From an uncultured Gemmatimonadota bacterium (GTDB lineage Bacteria; JAAXHH01): a DNA stretch of 64,000 nucleotides. Position numbers and translations under genes: made by a program. Positions 9,555 to 22,428 of this stretch are shown here, piece after piece (the stretch's first letter is position 1; each line of letters opens with the position of its first letter). Below the pieces are notes generated by a model, which did not search any database, was not told the DNA's origin, and saw only the letters and a list, made by a program, of their open reading frames with translations. The stretch covers positions 3,008,001 to 3,072,000 of the forward strand of contig OX638340.1 of the NCBI GenBank assembly GCA_951812955.1, read 5' to 3'.

Positions 9555-9642
9555 GTGTTCTCCGTTTATGGGCACTAACGCTTTCCTGACCAACTGATTA
9601 ATCCTTGAATACAGAATAGCCCCGTGGTCACCACGGGGCTAT
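9555..9642. repeat. Composite repeat: second copy of the collagen-gene leader motif (X2) followed 26 bp later by a second copy of the terminator-like palindrome motif (Y2)
   Basis: X2 gtgttctccgtttatgg (9555-9571) matches 7190-7207 in 17 of 18 positions. Y2 ttaatccttgaatacagaatagccccg...cggggctat (9598-9642) matches taatcgttgaatacagaaaagccccg...cggggctttt at 5380-5425. X2 is followed by no start codon or ORF. Confidence 0.75.
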
Positions 9643-10232
9643 TCACTTTCAATATGATTATGCTGAGCATCAGGTATGAGAAAGTTTGAAAATTGAACCA
9701 ATTACCAGACAGTTTGTGATTTGATGTTGACGTTGGATCAATTACTAAATAACATGGATGTGTATTTTACGTGATCGTACTTTTGTAAGAGAATTAAAAT
9801 AAAGTATAATACGAATAATGATGAAAAAATATAAGTTTTTTCTTGACTTATTACTCAACGTAACCATATATATACGGATAAATATCACAAAAAAATCATT
9901 TTTTGTCACGATATGGTTGACTTGGCCCTGCAACCAAGCGTACCTTACAATCTAAAGATTCAACAGAAGATAATAAGGAAGCCGTCATGACGGGTTAACA
10001 TGCCCTAAATTCAACCGCGAGCACACAGTCGATCCCGTTGTAGGGGACGCAGCCCAAACCCCCGGGCAACGGTATTCGATCCTGCAGACTACGCCGTCCG
10101 AAATGCGTTAAACCGTCTCATTCATCACACAGGAACATCGAGGCAGGAGTTAGCGGCTTAATTTTCTGCCTATCTCACCCTGAAGAACACGATATATCGA
10201 TCTCGCCCATGAGAGCGTGATGAGCCTCTTGC

Positions 10233-11192
10233 GTGGAGATAGTACCGGGTACCATGCAGCTACGCATTTCCTTACAGTCTCCCCTCGACAGCAAGGCCGA
10301 TCCGTTGTCCATTGATGTCGCGCGCTTGCTGCATGCCAGCATTGCGCCGAACACGGCGAAGGCGTACGGCGATGCATTGCGCAAGTTGTTCGAGCATCTG
10401 GATGGGCAGACACTGACCGACGCTGCGCTGGCCGGTTACCTGGCGCACTTGTATGCCAAAGGACTGGCGCCGGCTTCGGTCACGGTAGTGGTACAGGCCG
10501 TCCGTTTCTGGGAAAAGCTGGAAAACCGCCCGTCCAGTGTCGAGTCGTTGACGAGTCGAACACTGGCCGGAATCCGACGCGAAGGTCGAAACCGGGGCCG
10601 CGGCCAGGTAACCGGGCTGACCCGAGAAACGGTCAATCTCATGGTTCAGAACGCCATCAATACCGACACACTGGCCGGACTGAGAGACGCCGCTCTGTTT
10701 CGTGTAATGAGCGATGCCCTGTTGCGGATTGGGGAAGCCGTCGCCATCGACTGTGAGCACATCACCACCGAGTTCGACGGGAGCGGGCGGCTGATGTTGC
10801 TTCGAAGCAAGACCGACCAGGAGGGAAAGGGTACCAGTCTCTTCCTGACCAACCGTACCGTCGACGCGATCCGGCAATTGCAGCATGGAGCGGGGTTCAC
10901 CACCGGCCCCCTCTTCCGCCGGATGGTGAAGGGCGACCGAATGTGCGACGGCCGTCTGACGGTGGACGGCGCCCGGCTGACTATCAAAGCGTCTGCGGAG
11001 CGGGTCGGTATCAAGGGCGTGAGCGGCCACAGTCTTCGCATCGGAACCGCCCAGGAACTCGCGCAGCGCGGCGCATCCCTGGTGGAATTGCAGAACGCCG
11101 GCCGATGGACCGACAGCCAGATGCCCGCGCACTACACCCGTGAGCAGGCCGCGGGCAAGGGTGCCGTCGCCCGCTTGCTGGGGATTGACTGA
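10233..11192 (+). CDS. Cre-like tyrosine site-specific recombinase (phage-integrase family)
   Basis: 319 aa. The C-terminus aligns well with P1 Cre (GHSLRIGTAQELAQRGASLVELQNAGRWTDSQMPAHYTRE...ARLLGID versus Cre GHSARVGAARDMARAGVSIPEIMQAGGWTNVNIVMNYIRN...VRLLEDGD). This includes the catalytic H-x-x-R, W and Y. The N-terminal SAM-like domain is also Cre-like (YLAHLYAKGLAPASV). GTG (10233) or ATG (10254) start. A 550-bp AT-rich tract lies upstream. Confidence 0.8.
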   Translation: MEIVPGTMQLRISLQSPLDSKADPLSIDVARLLHASIAPNTAKAYGDALRKLFEHLDGQTLTDAALAGYLAHLYAKGLAPASVTVVVQAVRFWEKLENRPSSVESLTSRTLAGIRREGRNRGRGQVTGLTRETVNLMVQNAINTDTLAGLRDAALFRVMSDALLRIGEAVAIDCEHITTEFDGSGRLMLLRSKTDQEGKGTSLFLTNRTVDAIRQLQHGAGFTTGPLFRRMVKGDRMCDGRLTVDGARLTIKASAERVGIKGVSGHSLRIGTAQELAQRGASLVELQNAGRWTDSQMPAHYTREQAAGKGAVARLLGID

Positions 11193-11200
11193 GGGGAGAC

Positions 11201-11280
11201 TGAGTCGTGAGTCTCTACGGTGAGTCGTGAGTCTCTACGGTGAGACGCGGGTCTCTACGGTGCGTCGTGGAACGCTACGG
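11201..11280. repeat. Four tandem 20-bp units (tgagtcgtgagtctctacgg x2, tgagacgcgggtctctacgg, tgcgtcgtggaacgctacgg) immediately 3' of the recombinase gene
   Basis: Direct reading. Unit 3 contains the 5-bp inverted repeat gagac-gcgg-gtctc. The repeats lie between the convergent stops of the recombinase (11192) and the thioredoxin-domain gene (11303). Confidence 0.8.
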
Positions 11281-11302
11281 AGGAGACGTCACGCGTGCGA
11301 TA

Positions 11303-13420
<2,118 letters not shown>

Positions 13421-13421
13421 T

Positions 13422-14447
13422 TCACACCATACCTTCCTCGATCATGCGTTCCAGGGCGAAATCGCCGACGTCGATAGGAAACTCCAGGAGACAACGCCTG
13501 GCGGAGGACTCGAAAATACCCATGATGGTTTCCAGGGCCACGCGGGCGATCTTCGCTTCGGACCGGTGGACGGCGCGGCCCTCCACGGTGGAGACCAGTT
13601 CCTCCAGTTCGCGGCAGACGTTGGAATAGACCTCGTTTAACTCGGGTACGTGCCATCCGTTTGAGCGGTAACTGGACAGCATTTTCAACGGCGGCCCGTC
13701 CGGATTATTCACTTCGATGACTCCGTCGGAGCCGATGATCCGGAAGGTAAAGGACTGGCTGGCCCGTTCACCCAGCTCGATGAAACCCACAACCCCGTTG
13801 CTGTAACCGACCCGTCCGATCGCCATGTCTTCGGCCGGCATGTCCGGATGGTTGCGCCGTCCTTCGATCTTGCCGTGACGGTCTATCTGGCCCATGACCC
13901 AAATGGGTGGACTGTCTCCGTTCAGGTAGTTGATCAGGTCGATGACGTGGGTGCCGTTGTTCATCAGGTCGAGGGTGCAGTGCCCCCAGACCATGGCGAT
14001 CTCCCCGATTTCTCCCGCCCTGACCCATTCCCTCGCCTGAACGGCCTGGGGCGAGAACCGGTGGGCGTGTCCGATAGCGAGCGCCGCGCCGGCCTTTTCG
14101 CAGGCCTCGATCATCCGGTCGGCTTCGTCCAGGGAGACGGCCATGGGTTTTTCGCACAGGATGCCCTTCGCGCCGTTTTCCGCCGCCGCGATCGTCGCCT
14201 CACAGTGTCCGCGGGGCCAGGTGCATACACTCACCAGGTCGAGTTCCTCCCGTTCCAGCATTTCGAGGTGGTCCTCGTACAACCGGATACCGTGTTCGCT
14301 GGCGAGAAACTGCGCCTTCTCTCCTGCCGGATTGATGTCCGATCCAGCGACCAGTTCGATTTCGGCGTTATTCAAGTGGCGGTATCCGTCCGCGTGGGCG
14401 GTGGCGATGCCGCCGCAACCGATGAAGCCAGCCCGGTACTTGTTCAT
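13422..14447 (-). CDS. Gfo/Idh/MocA-family oxidoreductase
   Basis: 341 aa. Rossmann motif [15 protein letters not shown] and [17 protein letters not shown] (the family-typical EKP motif). Confidence 0.8.
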   Translation of the reverse strand: MNKYRAGFIGCGGIATAHADGYRHLNNAEIELVAGSDINPAGEKAQFLASEHGIRLYEDHLEMLEREELDLVSVCTWPRGHCEATIAAAENGAKGILCEKPMAVSLDEADRMIEACEKAGAALAIGHAHRFSPQAVQAREWVRAGEIGEIAMVWGHCTLDLMNNGTHVIDLINYLNGDSPPIWVMGQIDRHGKIEGRRNHPDMPAEDMAIGRVGYSNGVVGFIELGERASQSFTFRIIGSDGVIEVNNPDGPPLKMLSSYRSNGWHVPELNEVYSNVCRELEELVSTVEGRAVHRSEAKIARVALETIMGIFESSARRCLLEFPIDVGDFALERMIEEGMV

Positions 14448-14477
14448 GGGTGGGGTTTCCTGTGAAGATGCAGGTGG

Positions 14478-17413
<2,936 letters not shown>

Positions 17414-17418
17414 TTATG

Positions 17419-20109
17419 CTAGTCGGCGCTCGCGACTTTCGACCGCGGTGATTTCCTGGCGCGTCTGATTTCTTCTCGTTTCTTCGATATCCAGTTCTGC
17501 CACCAGACCACGATGGGACTAGCTATGAAGATCGAAGAGTAGGTTCCTGTGATTACTCCGAATGTCAACGCCAGGGCGAAACCCCAGTTGGTCGACGCGC
17601 TGCCGGCCAGCAGGAAGACCAGGACCAGGAGTACGGTGAGCGACGTCATCATGGTTCGATTCAGGCATTCATTGATGCTTCGGTCCACCACGCCTGAAAA
17701 CCCCTCCGTTCGGGTTCGGCCCAGGCTTTCCCTTATGCGGTCGTAGACCACGATGGTATCGTTTGTTGAATACCCCACGACGGTCAGCAGGGCCGCAACG
17801 ACCGCCATGGTCAGTTCCTCACCCACCAGGGTGAGCATGGCCAGGACGATGAGTACGTCGTGTATCAGCGCGACGATCGTTCCGATGCCGAACCGGAAGC
17901 CGTTGACCTGCCGGAACCGAATGGTGATGTAGAGGACGATACCGATGATGGAAGCCCCCACGGCGCCCATGGCGTCGACCGTGAGTTCCTTGCCGATCTT
18001 CGGGCTGACGTTGTATTCCTGGCGAAGCCAGTCCTGTTCGTCGCCCTTGAGGTTCTCGGGAAACTGTTCCTGGAGCGTCGTTTTAACCGCGGATGCGATC
18101 TGTTGCTCATTCCATTCGCTGTCGGCCGCCCTGATCAGGATGTTGTCCTCCTCGCCGATCACCTTGATCTCGCTCTGGCTCAGGTCCACCGCCTGGTTCT
18201 CGATGGTGACGTTACCGAGTGCGCCACGTATTTCCTGTACCTCCACCGGAGGATCGAACCGCATCTCGATCAGAGACCCGCTTTGAAAGTCCACGCCCCA
18301 ATCCACTCCGCCGCGTATGACGATGGTTCCCAGCCCGACCACGATGATGCACCAGGTAATGACGAACGCCGCCTTGCCGAATCGCATGAATCCGAAGAAC
18401 AGGCGTCCGAAGGGATCGGTTCTCCCGATGCTGACCTGGACTAGCTGCCACCGGTCGATGAGCGCGTCGAACAGGGACCGCGTAATGAATATGGCCGTGA
18501 ACATGCTGATCAGAATGCCGAAACCCAGCGTCACGGCGAATCCCTTGATGGGGCCGGTTCCGAACTCGTACAGGGCGAAAGCGGTGATCAGCGTGGTAAT
18601 ATTAGCGTCCACGATGGTGCGCAGCGCATTCCCGTAACCGCTGTCCACGGCCTGCCGGATGGTCTTCTGTCCCGACTTGAGCTCTTCCTTGATCCGTTCG
18701 AAAATGAGGATATTGGCGTCCACCGACATGCCCATGGTCAGTATGATTCCAGCGATGCCGGGCAGCGTCAGCGTAGCCTGGAAGGCGCCGAGGACGGCCA
18801 GAAGAAAGAGGAGGTTCAGAATCAGGGCGAAATTCGCGATGAAGCCGGCCGTCCGGTAATACACCGCCATGAAGATCATGACGGCGATGAGACCCAGGAT
18901 CGAGGCCCACTTGCCGGAGTTGATGGCGTCCGCTCCCAGGGACGGTCCCACGACATACTTGCTTATGATCTCCATGGGAGCGGGCAAGGCGCCCGCGCGC
19001 AACACGATGGCGAGATCTCTGGCTTCCTCAAGCGAGTTGATGCCCGTGATCTCGCCCCGGCCATTGGGTATGCGCCCCTGAATGACCGGAGCCGAAAACA
19101 CCCGGCCGTCCAGCACGATCGCCAGGCGCCGGCCGATGTTGTTCCCCGTCACGCGGGAGAAGGTCCTTGCGCCGTCGTCTGTGGTCGCAAAACCCACCGA
19201 CGCCACTCCCATGCTGCCGATATCGCTTCCCGATCCGGTCTGTGGAAAGGCGTCCGCCAGTACCGCGCCAGTAAGTTCCGGCAGGGCGTTCATGTAGTAA
19301 TAGGACCTTACGCGTTGTCCGTTCGCCGTCGTCCGCAGCACTCCGCCCCGGATCTCCGCGGCGTCCGGTATGAAGCTCTGCACCTGGGGCTGAGCCAGGA
19401 TCTCGTCCACCCGGGCGATATTGCTCGCCGGTACGATGATCTCGTTGTCGGAGAGGTCGATCAAGGACAGAAAGGGGTTGCGTTCCGCCGATGCGCTCAC
19501 TTCAGGGATCAGGGCGCTCGTATCCGCAGGGACGCTCGTGGTATCGCGGGCTGCCAGCAGTGCGTCTATGCGCTCGACGACCGAACGCAACTTGCCGCCG
19601 TCGCGCAACAGCCTGAACTCCAGTTGGGCGGTCTGGTTGATCAGGGTCATCGCACGATCGATATCCTTCAGTCCCGGCAACTCGACGATGATGCGGTCTT
19701 CGCCTTCCTGCTGGATGATCGGTTCGGTGACGCCGAATTCATTGACGCGGTTCGAGATGACCTGCATGGCCCGTTCCACCACGTCTACCGCTTCTTCCTC
19801 CGGCAGGTTGGATTTGTCCACTTCAAGCTTGATGTGCACGCCGCCCTGAAGATCCAGACCCAGGCGGATGGACTGATCCTGAAGCCGGTCATGTTCGGCT
19901 TTGGACAGGTTCAGTCTTTTGAGCTCTTCCCGGTCCGCGCCGGTCAGCAGCGGATTCGAATCGATCGCTTCGGTCTGTTCCGGGGAAAAAGCGTTTTGAA
20001 AAGGGGAGTATTGCCAGTAGTCAGAAGTTCTGAAGGAAGGATAGACGTACCACAGCGCGGTGAAGATGACTGCGAGAATAAGAACGATGCGTACCTGTTT
20101 CCACTGCAT
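17419..20109 (-). CDS. secDF: Protein-export membrane protein SecD-SecF fusion
   Basis: 896 aa. N-terminal TM helix plus periplasmic domain, then the SecD 6-TM block, then a second periplasmic domain and the SecF TM block. Fused SecDF occurs in several bacterial lineages. Confidence 0.9.
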   Translation of the reverse strand: MQWKQVRIVLILAVIFTALWYVYPSFRTSDYWQYSPFQNAFSPEQTEAIDSNPLLTGADREELKRLNLSKAEHDRLQDQSIRLGLDLQGGVHIKLEVDKSNLPEEEAVDVVERAMQVISNRVNEFGVTEPIIQQEGEDRIIVELPGLKDIDRAMTLINQTAQLEFRLLRDGGKLRSVVERIDALLAARDTTSVPADTSALIPEVSASAERNPFLSLIDLSDNEIIVPASNIARVDEILAQPQVQSFIPDAAEIRGGVLRTTANGQRVRSYYYMNALPELTGAVLADAFPQTGSGSDIGSMGVASVGFATTDDGARTFSRVTGNNIGRRLAIVLDGRVFSAPVIQGRIPNGRGEITGINSLEEARDLAIVLRAGALPAPMEIISKYVVGPSLGADAINSGKWASILGLIAVMIFMAVYYRTAGFIANFALILNLLFLLAVLGAFQATLTLPGIAGIILTMGMSVDANILIFERIKEELKSGQKTIRQAVDSGYGNALRTIVDANITTLITAFALYEFGTGPIKGFAVTLGFGILISMFTAIFITRSLFDALIDRWQLVQVSIGRTDPFGRLFFGFMRFGKAAFVITWCIIVVGLGTIVIRGGVDWGVDFQSGSLIEMRFDPPVEVQEIRGALGNVTIENQAVDLSQSEIKVIGEEDNILIRAADSEWNEQQIASAVKTTLQEQFPENLKGDEQDWLRQEYNVSPKIGKELTVDAMGAVGASIIGIVLYITIRFRQVNGFRFGIGTIVALIHDVLIVLAMLTLVGEELTMAVVAALLTVVGYSTNDTIVVYDRIRESLGRTRTEGFSGVVDRSINECLNRTMMTSLTVLLVLVFLLAGSASTNWGFALALTFGVITGTYSSIFIASPIVVWWQNWISKKREEIRRARKSPRSKVASAD

Positions 20110-20218
20110 GCAACCCGGCTCCTAAGCAGACGAAGGCGGGTTGCCTGACTGCCTGCCACCCGCCTTCGTTTCTGCGTTTCGTATTGGTAAATCATGTAGT
20201 TCGATGGGAATCTGGTCG

Positions 20219-21388
20219 TTAGTCTCTCAGGGCGAAAAGCACGTTCTGACCAGAAAAATTATCCGGTACGAGCAATTCGATGGATACCCTGTCGCCAGAG
20301 GGATGGAATGCGACGACGTAGTCCTGGCCGTCCCTGAAAGTGCGCGGGAACACGTCCACTTTCTTGATACTGTCCAACGACGGGAAGGCCGACCGTTCGA
20401 TCGTAAGTACCGTGCCTTCACGCAGGTCCTGCGACTGGGAGAAGTCCACGCCGGAGAGAGATTCGACACGGGGGCCGCCGAAGAACGGATCCTTGATGAC
20501 CATCGAGTCTTTCCAGTGATCCATGGTATTTACTGCGTAGAATATGGAGTTCAACTTCATCTCGGCCGCCAGCTTTGCCTGTTCCTCCATGTCCCGCTGT
20601 GCCAGCGCCTCGTCGCGGGCATCGCTCAACATCGCGATTTGCCCCGTCAGGCGTTCTTCCTCGCTGCGGAGGAATACGATACGCTCTTCGAGCATGTCCT
20701 TGACCTGGCCCAGCGAATCGGCGATGAACGCCGCACGGGCCTCGGCCGCGTCGCGCTCGTCGGTCAGCGTGGAGATGGTGCGCTCGATGCGCGCCCTGGC
20801 GATGCGTTGCGCACGGCCCGGCGACATGTCAGCCGTTCCCTGCGTCACGTAGGTGCCGAGGATGCCGTCCTTGTAGAGCAGCCAGACCTGGTTGCCGACG
20901 TTCAGGTCCTCCACCAGCGCGGTTTGCTCAACCACGTCGCGGGCTTCGGCTGTCGAAAGGCCGTGATTCTCCATGAGGTACTGCAGGGTGACCTGGATGT
21001 GGGAATCACCGCGCTGCACCGTGTAAGGCGCCGGAAGATCGTCTCGAAGATCCTGCATCTGCTGCTGCAGTTCCGCGACCTCGCCCCGGGTATCGATGAT
21101 CTCCTGTACGAGACCGCGGTACGAGACGTCCGCCTCGGTGGCCAGCATTTCGTTCAAAACGGCTTCGTGGTCGGGATTCAGCGCCATATTGGTCAACGAT
21201 TCCGCATCGACCTGACGATCAGGATGCGTTTCGTTGAACTGCGCTATCGTCGCCTGGATCGCATCCTGTCTTTCGCGGATTTCCTGCTCCGTAGCGTCCA
21301 ACCGTTCAACGAGCTCCTCGAAGTTCGCAGGTTCGGTGGCGCAGCCCATGAGCAGCGTCATGGATAGCAGTACGAATATACCTCGCAT
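20219..21388 (-). CDS. Lipoprotein with an extended coiled-coil region and a LysM-like motif (hypothetical)
   Basis: 389 aa. Lipobox LLMGC, a long E/R/Q-rich heptad-like region, and a YTVQRGDSHIQVTLQYL LysM-like segment. Confidence 0.5.
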   Translation of the reverse strand: MRGIFVLLSMTLLMGCATEPANFEELVERLDATEQEIRERQDAIQATIAQFNETHPDRQVDAESLTNMALNPDHEAVLNEMLATEADVSYRGLVQEIIDTRGEVAELQQQMQDLRDDLPAPYTVQRGDSHIQVTLQYLMENHGLSTAEARDVVEQTALVEDLNVGNQVWLLYKDGILGTYVTQGTADMSPGRAQRIARARIERTISTLTDERDAAEARAAFIADSLGQVKDMLEERIVFLRSEEERLTGQIAMLSDARDEALAQRDMEEQAKLAAEMKLNSIFYAVNTMDHWKDSMVIKDPFFGGPRVESLSGVDFSQSQDLREGTVLTIERSAFPSLDSIKKVDVFPRTFRDGQDYVVAFHPSGDRVSIELLVPDNFSGQNVLFALRD

Positions 21389-21547
21389 TTGTTTCCTCCG
21401 TAAAAGAGTTTACCCTAACGAATCAAGCTTGAATCGTGGTAGATGTAGTTTTCTGATATTACACAATTATATGTAACAAGTCGAAATTTGTCAAGAATAC
21501 TTGGTTTGTGCGTCAAACTAATTTAGGCCGTTTTTATGTTATACGAT

Positions 21548-21617
21548 CCCGCTGAAATCGACCCTTAAGCGGAAGGCGCTGAGGATTCCGGTTCCCGCTG
21601 AAACCGACCCTTAAGCG
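21548..21617. promoter_or_regulatory. Two 24-bp direct repeats (cccgctgaaa[t/c]cgacccttaagcg) spaced 46 bp apart, upstream of an AT-rich putative promoter region of the lipoprotein gene
   Basis: Copies at 21548-21571 and 21594-21617, each containing the cttaag palindrome. They are followed (in the minus-strand direction) by a 150-bp AT-rich tract 21400-21545 ahead of the lipoprotein ATG at 21388. Confidence 0.35.
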
Positions 21618-21663
21618 AGACCTTTGCGGCAGGCACGCATGGGACTCCGGTCCGGCCTGCCGC

Positions 21664-22098
21664 TCAGTCCGGATACCTTCGTTTCATCTCCGCGACAGTC
21701 GTGCGCACCAGGGTTTCCAGCACGTCCATGTCCACGTCGGCCAGTTTGTTGATGTACAGACAGGACTTGCCGGTTTTGTGCTTGCCAAGGCGGAAAAGCA
21801 GGTCCTCGCATTCCCCGAAACCGATCAAGATGTAAATCGACAGGTTCTGCTTGCGCGGCGAGAACCCGACGATGGGCCAGTCGTATTCCTTCCCGCTGGC
21901 GTACCGGTAACTGTAGCGTCCGAACCCCACGATGGCCGGTCCCCACATAACTGGTTTTTCTCCCGTCACCCTGCGCATGAGATCCAGCAGGATATGCGCG
22001 TCTTCCCGTCTGCGCGGGTGGTCCACCGCGTCGATGAATGCTTCCACGCTGGCGTCAGTGGGCCGTGTCTTAAGGTCGGACATGGTGGTCCTTGTCAA
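21664..22098 (-). CDS. DUF1801 (YdhG-like) domain protein
   Basis: 144 aa. KTRPTDASVEAFIDAV...MWGPAIVGFGRYSYRYASGKEYDWPIVGFSPRKQNLSIYI matches the DUF1801 pattern. Confidence 0.65.
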   Translation of the reverse strand: MTRTTMSDLKTRPTDASVEAFIDAVDHPRRREDAHILLDLMRRVTGEKPVMWGPAIVGFGRYSYRYASGKEYDWPIVGFSPRKQNLSIYILIGFGECEDLLFRLGKHKTGKSCLYINKLADVDMDVLETLVRTTVAEMKRRYPD

Positions 22099-22428
22099 AT
22101 GAGGTTACACGCGTGCTTCCGGCAACAACTCGGCCGGTCTCCTACCTGCCTGGCAGAAGCGGCTTGGTTTAACTTAGCCTTATCGTGGTTCTCATACATA
22201 TTTATGTCAATAGGAATCTGGGATCAACCGAGTACCGTTGTCGAACCCTGATGAAGTCACAATACGGCTTGACAGACCTGCGGTTTCGCCTACATTTATC
22301 TGTACCCACATTAAGCGGACCTTGTCCCTTGGTGTCGTGGTGCCATTACCCTCGATCTGATCGAACGCCTACCGGAACCGAAGAGGCAGACCGATATCCG
22401 GCGGTACGGATCAGCGCGCTCCTTCCGG

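Noticed and set aside
5380-9642. Integron-style attC sites: Y1 contains GTTGAAT (fits the GTTRRRY core) and, read on the other strand, ATTCAAC (fits RYYYAAC)
   Set aside because: An attC reads RYYYAAC...palindrome...GTTRRRY on either strand. Here the core-like heptamer lies on only one side of the palindrome, in the wrong order, and the Y2 copy has CTTGAAT. The neighbouring recombinase is Cre-like and lacks the IntI-specific insertion. The resemblance is probably coincidental.
9745-9933. 62-aa ORF in the AT-rich tract upstream of the recombinase
   Set aside because: Low-complexity (I/F/Y/K-rich) translation of ~20% GC DNA. No SD or homology signal. This is an expected artefact of AT-rich sequence.
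11201-11280. CRISPR array or lox site formed by the 4x20-bp tandem repeats
   Set aside because: The units are directly adjacent with no spacers, so this is not CRISPR. The inverted repeats are only 5 bp, which is far from 13-bp lox-type arms. Kept as an unexplained repeat only.
20110-20218. Terminator for the lipoprotein gene from the 12-bp-stem hairpin acgaaggcgggt...acccgccttcgt
   Set aside because: The T-tract is on the plus-strand side, which is wrong for a minus-strand gene. It is more likely a secDF 5'-UTR structure, and the call is too uncertain to make.
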